Positions 30,090 to 39,970 of a stretch of 64,000 nucleotides of DNA are shown here, piece after piece. The stretch lies in assembly GCA_964523105.1 (NCBI GenBank), contig CAZFZN010000012.1:103547-167546 (forward strand). Reading direction: 5' to 3'. Both the position numbers and the translations under genes were made by a program. Source of the stretch: an uncultured Akkermansia sp. Lineage in GTDB: Bacteria > Verrucomicrobiota > Verrucomicrobiia > Verrucomicrobiales > V1-33. How positions within the stretch are numbered: the first letter of the stretch is position 1; the number at the start of each line of letters is the position of its first letter. Below the pieces are notes generated by a model that saw only the letters and a program-made list of their open reading frames with translations, made no database searches and had not been told where the DNA came from.

Positions 30090-31133
30090 ATGGATTACAT
30101 CGACGAACGCAGCCCCCTCGGCCAACGGGTTTACCAGATCGCCCAGTTGCCGGGAGTGAGTGATTTCTACATCACTCCGTGGGAACCGCTGTGCTACAAG
30201 CACAATGGGAGTTTGATCTACGATTCATTCGTTTATCATCCTGAGCAGCAGATGAAGGTGGAGCCGGGATGCGTTGACTACGCCATGACGTTCGGGGGTA
30301 TGCGATTCCGCGTGAATCGCATGGTGACGAAGGGCCGCTTCCGCTGGGTGCTTCGTTTGTTGCCGACCAAAATCCCGAAACCACAGGATGTTGCGGTGCC
30401 GGCCGCAGCGCTGAAGGCGTTCATGGAGGCGAAGAACGGTCTGTTTTTGATTTGCGGTGCGACGGGTTCCGGAAAGAGCACGACGATCGCCTCCATGATC
30501 CTCCATCGTGCGGAGCGCCGCCAGGAGCATGTCGTCACTTTCGAGGACCCGATTGAGTATGTTTACCCGGACGGTACGCCGTCCCTGGTCTCGCAGCGGG
30601 AAATCGGTGAGGACGATCTGGATTTCGGAATGTCACTTCGAGCCTCCCTGCGTCAGGCTCCGGATGTGATCGTCGTCGGTGAAATCCGGGATGGGGAGAC
30701 GGCTGAAATCGCACTCCAGGCGGCGGAAACGGGCCACGTGGTAGTGGCTACCCTGCACACCTCATCGGCCTCGCAGACAGTGCAGCGCTTCCTCAAACTC
30801 GTTCCCAGCGACCGTTTGGAAACCGCCCAGGCAAGTTTGGCGGATACCCTGAGGGCGATTCTGTGCCAGCGTCTGCTTTATGACACCATCAGGCAGCGGC
30901 GCTTTGCCATTCACGAACTGCTCCTGCAGTACGATTCCACGACGAATCTGATCCGCCGCGGAGAGTACAAGAAGCTCGACCAGGAACTCGAAACCGGATG
31001 GAAGAAGGGCATGATCTCCTGGGAGCGCAGTGTGGACATGCGCGGCGCCGAGGGCTGGAACGTTCCCCAGATCGAGAAGACCGGCTACAGCCAGGATGAG
31101 GTGGAGGCCTTTATGTCCGAGCACGGCCGCTGA
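30090..31133 (+). CDS. pilT: PilT/PilU-like type IV pilus ATPase
   Basis: SDFYI N-terminal motif, GATGSGKST, TFEDPIE, RQAPDVIVVGEIRD, ETGH..TLHT, degenerate NLIRRGE tail. Confidence 0.85.
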   Translation: MDYIDERSPLGQRVYQIAQLPGVSDFYITPWEPLCYKHNGSLIYDSFVYHPEQQMKVEPGCVDYAMTFGGMRFRVNRMVTKGRFRWVLRLLPTKIPKPQDVAVPAAALKAFMEAKNGLFLICGATGSGKSTTIASMILHRAERRQEHVVTFEDPIEYVYPDGTPSLVSQREIGEDDLDFGMSLRASLRQAPDVIVVGEIRDGETAEIALQAAETGHVVVATLHTSSASQTVQRFLKLVPSDRLETAQASLADTLRAILCQRLLYDTIRQRRFAIHELLLQYDSTTNLIRRGEYKKLDQELETGWKKGMISWERSVDMRGAEGWNVPQIEKTGYSQDEVEAFMSEHGR

Positions 31134-31167
31134 TCCAGGCGAACCAATCCCTACAAAAAACGACTCC

Positions 31168-32058
31168 ATGAAACTCAAAGACATCAAAGACGTACTGACC
31201 TTCCGTTCGTTCCGGCCGGAGCCGGACGACAGCAGCGCTCCGTGGACGAAGCGCTTTGTGCGCGAGAATTCGCTGGCTCTGAACATCGGGCGCCGTCGCG
31301 TTAGCTGGTCAGTGCTGGACAAGAACGGTGAATTCCGGGACGCCGGCTTTCAGGAGGGCGAGTTCAAAGAGGTCATCAATCAGATGGGCCACGAATGGCG
31401 GGCGTTGACGGACAACGGCTGGTGTTCCGTGTCCCTGAATCACCGCTTCGTGATAACCCTCGAAGTGAACGTGAGCCGGCGAGCGGGTCTGGAACAGCAG
31501 TTGCGCACCAACCCGAAAAGTGTGCTCGGTGCCAAAGCGGAGCGCGGCAAGCGCTATTGGCTGCAGCATAATCCGGAGAGCAATACCAGCGTCCTCCTTT
31601 CCATCGATGAAGAGGCCGTAAACAAGACAGTCTCCATGCTAAAGGAAGCGGGTCTGCAGGCCGGACGCGTCTGCGTCGGTGTTTACGGAATGATGCTCGA
31701 CCTGATCGAGCAGGTCGCGGAGGCGCGGCGGGCGAGAGCCGTTTCCAATCCCGGCGAGCCGTTCGGGAATGTTGTCATGGTCACCTGTTCGGAGGGGTCG
31801 GTTTGTGCGCTCAGCCAGCGTGAGGAGCAGTGGATGGAACTCCGTTCGCGCACCGACCTTTACACTGACGACATGTCTCCGGTGCTGGATATCATTCTGC
31901 CGCTTATTCAGAACGCAGGACCGAACTCAAACATCGTCTTCATGAACGATGAAGCCGGCTGCCCACTTCCTGATTTGCTGCGTCAGCGCATTCCCGGGGC
32001 ACTGGTCAGCGATGTAACCGTTCCTGCGCAGCTGTGGAAACTTCTAACCGACTCCTGA
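31168..32058 (+). CDS. Putative PilM-like cytoplasmic pilus assembly protein
   Basis: Operon position; actin-like pattern LALNIG..VSW, LKEAGL, soluble composition. Start reassigned to ATG 31168. Confidence 0.55.
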   Translation: MKLKDIKDVLTFRSFRPEPDDSSAPWTKRFVRENSLALNIGRRRVSWSVLDKNGEFRDAGFQEGEFKEVINQMGHEWRALTDNGWCSVSLNHRFVITLEVNVSRRAGLEQQLRTNPKSVLGAKAERGKRYWLQHNPESNTSVLLSIDEEAVNKTVSMLKEAGLQAGRVCVGVYGMMLDLIEQVAEARRARAVSNPGEPFGNVVMVTCSEGSVCALSQREEQWMELRSRTDLYTDDMSPVLDIILPLIQNAGPNSNIVFMNDEAGCPLPDLLRQRIPGALVSDVTVPAQLWKLLTDS

Positions 32059-32062
32059 TTCT

Positions 32063-32635
32063 ATGAGCAAAACCATCATGCATGACCTGAAGACTGAGCG
32101 TACGGAACTGGCGCCGCCTTTGCCCGCCATTCTCATGGTGCTGCCAGTTCTCTTCTACATCGCCGCCGCGGGTTCCATCGGACTTGGAGCCTTGTTCACT
32201 GTGAAGGCGAAGCAGGCCCAGGCTGACGAAAGCCGCGAACTGGATGGAGAGCAGGAGTTGAACCGGACAATCGCTTCTCTTACGCAGGAGCAGAAGCAAA
32301 TCGAAGATACCACCACCAGGGCCAAAGAAGTGGAAACGTGGATCGACAGCAGCCAGCCGCTGATGGATGTCGTCGTTGCCGTCATTAATAGTGTGAGAAC
32401 AGGCAATACACTCTCGTCCATGAAGCTGACACGCATCCCTGACCGCCCGGATCAGATCGAGATGCGGCTTCAAATAAATTCCGGCGGCACCGTGCAAAAG
32501 GAGGAGACCGTTCAGTCGCTCGTCAAAGCGGGCTACCAGGCATTCCGCGATGATCTCATCGGGGACAAGAACGACCGGCTCGGGGACGTGACCTACACGG
32601 CAACGCTCGTAAAGACTCAGATAGGGGATGACTAA
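32063..32635 (+). CDS. Putative PilN-like inner membrane protein
   Basis: N-terminal TM, coiled coil, C-terminal ferredoxin-like segment (LSSMKL..IEMRLQI); follows the PilM-like gene. Confidence 0.6.
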   Translation: MSKTIMHDLKTERTELAPPLPAILMVLPVLFYIAAAGSIGLGALFTVKAKQAQADESRELDGEQELNRTIASLTQEQKQIEDTTTRAKEVETWIDSSQPLMDVVVAVINSVRTGNTLSSMKLTRIPDRPDQIEMRLQINSGGTVQKEETVQSLVKAGYQAFRDDLIGDKNDRLGDVTYTATLVKTQIGDD

Positions 32636-32658
32636 TTTTACCTCAAGACCATTCAGTT

Positions 32659-33225
32659 ATGAATACCAAACATTTATCCTGTGTCCTACTCTTTGCAGTA
32701 GTCATCTGCCTTTTCATGGGCACGAAAGTGCTCAATCAACGGATGGTCACCGCGACGGAGGCTTCCGAGGACGCGAGAGCCCGCCATGAAGCCGCCCAGT
32801 CGAAGCATACGATGGCCAGAGCAGTACTCGAAAAGGTCCGCACGGACACGGCCGCACACCGCAAGTTCCTCGAAATGTGGCGGCAGAAATTTGAAATGAG
32901 TGGAAGCGACGCTATCGCCGCTAAAAACGAGTTTGGGCGCATGTTAAAGCGCTTTCCTAATTTGACTCCATTCGGCAACCAAACCAACCCGCCGGTTGAG
33001 AACAAGGACATGAGCTATGTGAACCGCCGCGTGGCCACCACGGTCAAGCTTGAAGGCGATGCCGAAAAAGCGGTGCAGTTGTTGGCTTCAATCGAACGCG
33101 AACTGCCCACCAGCCGCATTTCCTCACTCGAGATCAGGAAAGGTCAGCGCAACAACGACATTGAACTCGACTTGTCCGTCGAATTCCCGCTCCTCGCGGT
33201 GCCCGCCGGCGAAAAACAGCCTTAA
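32659..33225 (+). CDS. Putative PilO-like inner membrane protein
   Basis: N-terminal TM, coiled coil, VKLEG..VQLLASIERELPTSRISSLEI..LDLSVEF, typical of PilO/GspM. Confidence 0.65.
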   Translation: MNTKHLSCVLLFAVVICLFMGTKVLNQRMVTATEASEDARARHEAAQSKHTMARAVLEKVRTDTAAHRKFLEMWRQKFEMSGSDAIAAKNEFGRMLKRFPNLTPFGNQTNPPVENKDMSYVNRRVATTVKLEGDAEKAVQLLASIERELPTSRISSLEIRKGQRNNDIELDLSVEFPLLAVPAGEKQP

Positions 33226-33243
33226 TAATATTCTCCTGCTGCT

Positions 33244-34119
33244 ATGAATACTCGCCAAATTATTACTGCCGCTCTTTTCGGGTGGGTGTCAACCGCCGGT
33301 GCGGAAGTGGAGATCACCATGGCCAAGCTCCGGGACATCGGTTTACTTCCTCAGGATAAGGCAGAACTCCGCCCTGAGGATAAACTTGATATGAAGCGCC
33401 GCAATCCCTTCGCCGAGCGCAAGAAGGCTGCGCCGAACAAGCCGGTCGAACAGGTTGAAACTGAAGAAAGTAAACTGCGGGCGTTCTTTGACAAAGAAAA
33501 GGTCAATGGAATCATGAAATTTGGGGACAAACACATCGTGTCTCTGGGGCGCCTTAGTTTGGAGGAGGGCCAGATTATTCGCCCCATCATTCCCAACCAG
33601 ACACAAATTCTCCGGGTTATTAAAGTGACGGATGCAGAACTGGAGATCGGCTGGGTCGAGGACGCCACGATTGGACTGGAACCTGTGGTGCCCCGGAAGA
33701 TTCAAAAGAAGATCAATTTGCGCCCTGAAGTTAGAGCACTTGTTGCCGGGGCTGATGAAGCTGGGGAGAAGGCTGCTATGTATGTTATGGATGACAAAGG
33801 AACAGTCGTCGTTCCTCACAAGAATGTATTTCCCAATCCATCGGATATTCTGGACAGCATTCCTCCAGGCAGCGACACCAATCCTGAGTCGGTTCTCAAT
33901 GAACAGGAGCGCCAGTCGCTCAACAATGCTTTGCAAGCATCGCAGAACGGAAATCCCCCGTCGATTCCGAAGCCGGATATCGATCCGTCGTCAGCCGTGC
34001 CTTCAGAGGCTCCTCCGGCACCCCCACTTGAAGACCCCGAGGATGCCGTGCAACCAGATCCTGATCTTGTTGAGCCGCCATCAGGCAATCAGCCTGCGGG
34101 CCAGCCTGGCCGCAGGTAG
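33244..34119 (+). CDS. Exported protein in the PilP position, with Pro/acidic tail
   Basis: Signal peptide, RRNPFAER, VNGIM..EGQII..VIKVTDAELEI beta segment as in PilP/GspC; low-complexity C-terminus; no lipobox. Confidence 0.5.
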   Translation: MNTRQIITAALFGWVSTAGAEVEITMAKLRDIGLLPQDKAELRPEDKLDMKRRNPFAERKKAAPNKPVEQVETEESKLRAFFDKEKVNGIMKFGDKHIVSLGRLSLEEGQIIRPIIPNQTQILRVIKVTDAELEIGWVEDATIGLEPVVPRKIQKKINLRPEVRALVAGADEAGEKAAMYVMDDKGTVVVPHKNVFPNPSDILDSIPPGSDTNPESVLNEQERQSLNNALQASQNGNPPSIPKPDIDPSSAVPSEAPPAPPLEDPEDAVQPDPDLVEPPSGNQPAGQPGRR

Positions 34120-34135
34120 CAATCCCGTCCTCGTC

Positions 34136-35167
34136 ATGACTTCCCCACGCTACATCATGGCGGCAGTTTCGCGTTATCGGCGCGGGTTCTCTCTCATTGA
34201 ACTCCTGGTTGTGGCCGGAGTGGGCGCACTGCTCTTTACCGCCGCCGCCCTTACCTTCCGAGTCATGGCCAAGAACCACCGGAATCCCGGAACCTTTCAG
34301 AAGGTTCCGCTTCCGGCGGGCGTGGGCGACAATTTCTACCCCGGTTCCGGGCTTTCCTTTGTGGACAGCTACGTAGCTCCGAATTTCGGACGCTGTTCGC
34401 AGGCTGATGCCCTGCGCACGTTATTTCTGGAGGAAGTCGAAAAGTCAGTGGCGGTTTTCATTCTGCCCCGGGGTGGGCACGTCAATACCATTCGTGGCCG
34501 AACCATCAATCTGTATGGCACCCTCCCTCAGGCTTTGGACACCCCTGCCGCGTTCCGGGAATTCCTGGCGGCAAATCCGGACACCGCCACTGCCGCCCAG
34601 GTATTCACTTCCTATCGCGGCGCACCGCCGGAGTCCGGCACTGTCACCACGACCACTATTGATCAGGACACCGGAGATACGATAGTCACCACTTCGACCC
34701 AGGCGATCACCAACGCGACGGTGTTTCTGCTGCAACCTTCGGGGTCCAACACCCAGCTTTGGATTCGTTGCGTTTATGAATTGGATTATTTGGCCATGAC
34801 GCCCAATTCGAGTGACGCAGCGGCTCCTGATGTTTCCTGTGTGTTCGCTTCAGTCCGCCGATATGTGGACTATACTCTGACACATTATTACGACTGTGTT
34901 TTCCGTGACTCGACAGTCTCCGACGCGGGCGTGCCGTGTGTCCATTTTGAACGCGCCGACCGCGCGATAGTGGCCGAAGGCGCTGCGGACATATTTAAGC
35001 GGGCCGCTAATCAGCCTTTTTACCTGATGTGGTGGCCGGACCCCGGACTTGCCCGGCTGCAGACCACAGGAGGCAGTTATACAGCCGGAACACCGCAAGC
35101 GGCCTATGCCCGTCACGAGGGGCAGACCTCCTATGTGTTCGTCATCCCGCAATTTCCTGCACTTTAA
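34136..35167 (+). CDS. Minor pilin (PilW/GspJ-like) with prepilin cleavage site
   Basis: RRG|FSLIELLVVAGVGALLF class III signal peptide with E5. Start reassigned to ATG 34136. Confidence 0.85.
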   Translation: MTSPRYIMAAVSRYRRGFSLIELLVVAGVGALLFTAAALTFRVMAKNHRNPGTFQKVPLPAGVGDNFYPGSGLSFVDSYVAPNFGRCSQADALRTLFLEEVEKSVAVFILPRGGHVNTIRGRTINLYGTLPQALDTPAAFREFLAANPDTATAAQVFTSYRGAPPESGTVTTTTIDQDTGDTIVTTSTQAITNATVFLLQPSGSNTQLWIRCVYELDYLAMTPNSSDAAAPDVSCVFASVRRYVDYTLTHYYDCVFRDSTVSDAGVPCVHFERADRAIVAEGAADIFKRAANQPFYLMWWPDPGLARLQTTGGSYTAGTPQAAYARHEGQTSYVFVIPQFPAL

Positions 35168-35179
35168 GCTGTTCCGCCA

Positions 35180-36655
35180 ATGAAAAGCCACACTTTATCG
35201 TTTCATGGCCGCCGCGGAGGAGTTATGGCCATCGCCCTCGTCAGTATCGGGGCTTTGACCATTGGCTTTACGACTTGGGTGGGCCTGCTCGGTCAGCGAA
35301 GCCGCGCCGGGGAGGTGGAAGAGCACGCGGCCCGCCGCCGCATCGCGTCGTGGAACTCCCGCGGCGCCATCAGAGAGTATGCTCTCGCCCGCGCCATAAC
35401 CTCCAGCCTGGATGACGACGGAATGAACTTCGATCCCCTCGCCGGCTGGAGTGTCACCGCTGCTCCTTCATGGTCAGGCTATCCCATGGAAAGCAATACC
35501 CGGCTGGCCGGATTGAACGGGTTTTCTTTCACCTGGGACTATCCTTATTCCAAAGTAATCGACACCCAGTCCGGCACTTTCGCGCTCGATTTCGTGCAGG
35601 CCGGCAACGGAAGACTGGATGCAGATTATACGGCGACCGCCAGCTATCAGAAAACTTATATACGAAGCCGCTGCCCGGTGCTGGGAGGTGATCTTCTCAT
35701 TGTACACCGTTCGAGCCTGACGCCTCCTGTCGATCCGGTCGTGGCCGGGAATATCTCCGTCACAGGCCGGGTGCTCCACTTTGTTCCTGAACTGTCCGAC
35801 ACTGCTTATACCGCCCGTTCGCTTCGGTTCACGTCTGCTCCGTCCTCCGCGGGCACGGGACTTCGTCCACTGGACCTTGCCGGCAATGCGATTGTGCCGT
35901 CGAATCTTTCTTGGACCCCTATAACATTCGGCAATATTGCAGGAAGTGCTGATTTCAGCGGGCAGTTGAATGTGATCGATGATGCTGCCAACGGCGGCAA
36001 TTCTCTTAGACAGAAGCTCACCGGATCGCCCGCCACCATTCAAATCACAGGTGCGACCACCATGAGCGATCCGCGCGGATTCGAAAGTGACGGGAACGGG
36101 TTGATCACGCTTACTCCTTCAATCGGGGCCACTAACCCTGCGGACATTCCCAGTATCGTGGTGGACAGCGAAGTTGAAGAAATCGTCATTGAAGGACAGG
36201 ATGACAGCAACTTCGCCACCTATGCGCGTTACCGGCCATCCATGGCATTGTGCTATGTCCAGGATGCTGCATCGACGCGACAGCTTCACACCATTCGCCT
36301 GCGCAGGCAGAACAGCCGGCGATTGATTCTGGCCATTAAACAGGAAGGCCCCAATCCGGGCACTCCTGTGAACATCATTGTCGAGGACACTCACTCCGTG
36401 AGCAACTGGCACATGGTGATCCTGGCGGAGAACACTCCTCTGGCTTTTTCCGCCGATGCCGCGGTATCCACGGTGAACCTCGTCGGCGGCATTCAGGCGA
36501 ATGCTCCGATCACCGGCCCTTCCGGCACGCAGACCCTTAATCTTGAACTGGAGACCGATACCCGCGGGCTGATTCGCATGACGCCGCGCGCTGCGTGGGT
36601 CGAGGTCGTTATGCCGGATAAGATCCCGGGAACCTCAAACGACAACACCTGGTAA
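35180..36655 (+). CDS. Large PilX/GspK-like minor pilin
   Basis: RRG|GVMAIALVSIGALTIG, lacking E5 as PilX/GspK pilins do; 491 aa; sits between two pilins. Confidence 0.7.
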   Translation: MKSHTLSFHGRRGGVMAIALVSIGALTIGFTTWVGLLGQRSRAGEVEEHAARRRIASWNSRGAIREYALARAITSSLDDDGMNFDPLAGWSVTAAPSWSGYPMESNTRLAGLNGFSFTWDYPYSKVIDTQSGTFALDFVQAGNGRLDADYTATASYQKTYIRSRCPVLGGDLLIVHRSSLTPPVDPVVAGNISVTGRVLHFVPELSDTAYTARSLRFTSAPSSAGTGLRPLDLAGNAIVPSNLSWTPITFGNIAGSADFSGQLNVIDDAANGGNSLRQKLTGSPATIQITGATTMSDPRGFESDGNGLITLTPSIGATNPADIPSIVVDSEVEEIVIEGQDDSNFATYARYRPSMALCYVQDAASTRQLHTIRLRRQNSRRLILAIKQEGPNPGTPVNIIVEDTHSVSNWHMVILAENTPLAFSADAAVSTVNLVGGIQANAPITGPSGTQTLNLELETDTRGLIRMTPRAAWVEVVMPDKIPGTSNDNTW

Positions 36656-36664
36656 CGGCCCGCC

Positions 36665-37105
36665 ATGAAAACGCAGCAATTCATTTCGCCAAAGCATCGC
36701 GCCGGCTATACGCTCATTGAGATCATGGCTGCGGCGGGCTTGATCGCCGCGGCGGTCGCGGCCGCGTCTTCGCTCTCAATGACGATGACTGCTCAGGAGG
36801 AACTCTCGAGGGGGCAGTCAGCGGCGATACGCTACGGTGAAGCCGTTTCACGGCTCTGGCAGCTGGGAGTGAATCCCTCAGCCGTGCTCCTCGCGCAGCA
36901 TCAGGGATTGCAGGGCAGCAATGGATCCTCTCCCATGAGTTTCTCCATCGTGGACGGCACTCCTGTCGATCTGGGTGACGACGGAGGGATTGCAGAGGGC
37001 ACTGTGGAGACGGCAACTGTTACAATTACCTGGCGACCATACGGTTCCACCTCGGACTCATTCATCTCATTCGACGTACTTCGTCCCGCCCCTGTTCACC
37101 GATAA
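36665..37105 (+). CDS. Minor pilin (PilV/GspI-like)
   Basis: RAG|YTLIEIMAAAGLIAAA; short globular domain ending VTITW. Confidence 0.85.
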   Translation: MKTQQFISPKHRAGYTLIEIMAAAGLIAAAVAAASSLSMTMTAQEELSRGQSAAIRYGEAVSRLWQLGVNPSAVLLAQHQGLQGSNGSSPMSFSIVDGTPVDLGDDGGIAEGTVETATVTITWRPYGSTSDSFISFDVLRPAPVHR

Positions 37106-37141
37106 CGCACCTCCTTTGCCACAGCTAACCGACTCCACGCC

Positions 37142-38398
37142 ATGCTCAAGAAAGTAGTCCTCACCAATGTCAATTCCGGGCGCACTCAGGAGATCATCGT
37201 GGACACTGATGATGACGCCAAAGCCATCGTCGGCTCGGGTAAAGCCAGCAATGAAGTGGCAAGGGTGACGACGATTTCCGGCGCCGATGAGAAAGTCTAT
37301 CGCCTGTCCGTAAAGAAGCCGAATCTGGAGGACCGGGTCAATCTGTTTTCCGGAATCGCACGGTGCCTTGAACGCAACATCTCGACCATAAAGAGCTTCG
37401 AGTTGCAGGCGAACCGGGTTAGATCGCCACGGTACAAGGGGACGGTCGCAGATATTGCTGCGCAGATAAGTCAGGGGGAAAAAGTCAGCGATGCCATGGG
37501 ACGGCATCAGGACCTCTTTGGAGAGGCGCTGCTTGCGCTGATTCGCGCCGGTGAGGAAGCCGGCCAACTCCCCGAAGTGTGCCGGCGCATTGCCAAGGGA
37601 CAGAAGAAGACTCTGAAGATTCTCAAGAAATTGAAGAGCGGCATGATCTACCCGTGCATCGTGCTGATCATCGGTGTGGGGGTCATCATCACCATGTCCA
37701 TGACGCTCGTGCCGGCATTGAAGGGGCTCTACGGGCAGTTTAACAGCGAACTGCCGACGGCGACCAAGGCCATGATGATACTCTCCGATATTCTGCTCAG
37801 TCAGCCGTGGCTGGTGGCGCTGCCGATCTTCGGGATGGTCATGCTGTTTCGAAACTGGGGTAAAATTTGCGCCATTCCCGGCGTGCAGCGATTCTGGCTC
37901 AAACTCCCGACGGTTGGAAACATCGTCCGAAAGAGTTCAGCGGCGGTCAGTTTCCGTACGCTGGCCATGCTCATTGAGAGCAATGTCCGGGTCTCGACCG
38001 CACTCCGGATTACCGGAGAAAGCGCCCCTAACGTCACTCATCGCGAGTTTTTCTCCTCCGTAAAAGAACATATCGAGGAGGGTCTCGCCCTGCATGAATC
38101 CTTCCTGCTGGAATCCCACCGCCTCGGCCCGGACGGCCGCCCGATTTCCGGACTGATGCAGCTCAGCAGCGAAACCGGTTCCTCGACTGACATGCTTGAG
38201 GAGATCGCCGACGACTATGAGGAGGAACTGGATAATATCGGGAATCAGATAGACAAGATTCTGGAGCCAATCACGATTATCGTCCTCGGCATCATGGTTG
38301 GGTTTCTCATCTACGCCATCTACTCGCCCATCTTCAATCTTGGCAAGGTCGTTCTTCCCAAGACAAAGCCGGGTGCCGCCGCGGCCGCAAAGAAGTAG
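37142..38398 (+). CDS. pilC: PilC/GspF-family inner membrane platform protein
   Basis: GEKVSDAM..LIRAGEEAGQL, MIYP, ELPTATK, second repeat GLALHES..ETGS..MLEEIADDYEEE..LEP..IYSPIF. Confidence 0.92.
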   Translation: MLKKVVLTNVNSGRTQEIIVDTDDDAKAIVGSGKASNEVARVTTISGADEKVYRLSVKKPNLEDRVNLFSGIARCLERNISTIKSFELQANRVRSPRYKGTVADIAAQISQGEKVSDAMGRHQDLFGEALLALIRAGEEAGQLPEVCRRIAKGQKKTLKILKKLKSGMIYPCIVLIIGVGVIITMSMTLVPALKGLYGQFNSELPTATKAMMILSDILLSQPWLVALPIFGMVMLFRNWGKICAIPGVQRFWLKLPTVGNIVRKSSAAVSFRTLAMLIESNVRVSTALRITGESAPNVTHREFFSSVKEHIEEGLALHESFLLESHRLGPDGRPISGLMQLSSETGSSTDMLEEIADDYEEELDNIGNQIDKILEPITIIVLGIMVGFLIYAIYSPIFNLGKVVLPKTKPGAAAAAKK

Positions 38399-38587
38399 GC
38401 TGCCGGGACGGGGGGGCGCTGCGCCAGGCCATTTCCCGGAGCTTGATGCTTTGGGCAGCCTGGGGTGAGGCCGATGGAACCGCACTAGCTGTGCCGTCGC
38501 GTCAATGGGATGTCCATTAATGCAAGGTCGGAGCACTGCTCTGGCACTGCCAGGTTTGGATACGGGGGAAGATGCACGCGTTCCGGG

Positions 38588-39751
38588 CTACGGGCCACAA
38601 CTGTAGATAACAACATTCCTGGTCGATCTCCCCGCCGCGATGATTTCCGGGCGGGAGTCCCCGTCGAGGTCTGCGATTTTGAGGTCTTCGCAAGCCATCG
38701 TGTTGGGTTCGCTGACCCAATGGCTCGTCCAGGTTCCGTCCTTTTCCTCGTAGATTTTGATGCCGGTTTGTTTATCGGCGTTGGGCTCGCGCCAGCCGGC
38801 GACGATTTGGAGGCGGCCGTTTCCCAGAACATCGCCTGTAGCCAGGGCGTGCCCCTGATTGAAGGAGCGGTCCAGAATGCGGCGGTGCCATGTGCGGGTC
38901 TTGTCGTCCCGCGTGAAGAGTGTCAGCAGTGGTCCGTGAAAGGGCTCGATACAGGTGATTCGGTCCGGTCCCGGACCAAGGCGGACTTCTCCGGCCCCGC
39001 CCCAGGCGGGCGTTTCCGCGTCGCTGAGCGGGAGGCGGTTCGTTCCCCAGCCGGTTCCGTCCGGCACGGCTCTCAGGAGCGCCTCTTTTCCACCGATGAG
39101 AAGTTCATCTTTGTCCGGGAGGGACTGCAGATCGAAATTGTGAGTGACATGCAGGGATTCGTCGAGCACCGACTGTTTCCATGCGGCGGGATCTCCTGGA
39201 CTGCCTGGAAAGGCGTAGGAGATGATCCTGACTCCTTTGGGACCTGCGCCCCCACTGTTGCCACGCCCGTGGAGCGGCAGGACGACGAGGGCGTATGATT
39301 TGGCTCCGGTGCGCACCCAGTGCATGCGGTGGGTAGTGGGCTCGTGGGGAAGAACGACGGGTTTCCACAGTTCACCGTCTTTGTCCGGGCGCTGGAGGTA
39401 AAGGACGGCGCCGCTTTCGGCGACATTGTTCGTTTCACCGGGATTCCACTGCGCACCGACGGCGATTTCGACCTTGCCGTCTCCGTCCAGGTCACGGGCG
39501 GCGATGCAAACGTTGTCGCGCGGAGTGAGATTCCTGGCGATGACAGATTTTTTCCAGCCGGGATTTTGATACCAGACGATCTCCCTGGCGTCGGCGAGGA
39601 GGATGTCAGGCTTTTTATCGCCGTCCACATCGCCGATAGCGAGACCGTAACCGATCGTGATTTTGTCATCCACGACGGTGGCCTTGAAAGCGGGGGCCGC
39701 TACTGCGGCGGCGGCAAGGGTGTGAAGCAGGAAACAGAGATGCGGGCTCAT
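38588..39751 (-). CDS. Secreted FG-GAP/VCBS repeat beta-propeller protein
   Basis: Signal peptide; GDVDGDKKPDI, DLDGDGKVEI, GDVLGNGRLQI, DLDGDSRPEI repeats. Start reassigned to ATG 39751. Confidence 0.85.
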   Translation of the reverse strand: MSPHLCFLLHTLAAAAVAAPAFKATVVDDKITIGYGLAIGDVDGDKKPDILLADAREIVWYQNPGWKKSVIARNLTPRDNVCIAARDLDGDGKVEIAVGAQWNPGETNNVAESGAVLYLQRPDKDGELWKPVVLPHEPTTHRMHWVRTGAKSYALVVLPLHGRGNSGGAGPKGVRIISYAFPGSPGDPAAWKQSVLDESLHVTHNFDLQSLPDKDELLIGGKEALLRAVPDGTGWGTNRLPLSDAETPAWGGAGEVRLGPGPDRITCIEPFHGPLLTLFTRDDKTRTWHRRILDRSFNQGHALATGDVLGNGRLQIVAGWREPNADKQTGIKIYEEKDGTWTSHWVSEPNTMACEDLKIADLDGDSRPEIIAAGRSTRNVVIYSCGP

Positions 39752-39970
39752 CCCCGGATTGGGCCGCGGAAACCAGGTGAGAGCAACGGCGGGAATGCGG
39801 ATGGCAGTCCGTGAGCGATGCCTGCGGAGAATCGCAATGCGCCGAATTTCCATAAGTAAACTTTCTGCGCCGTTTGACTAAAATACATGGTTCCAGGTGA
39901 AAGTGCACCCATTCCGGATATTTCCGCCAGCACCACATTCATGCCGCTCATGAATACGCTCTGCACATAG

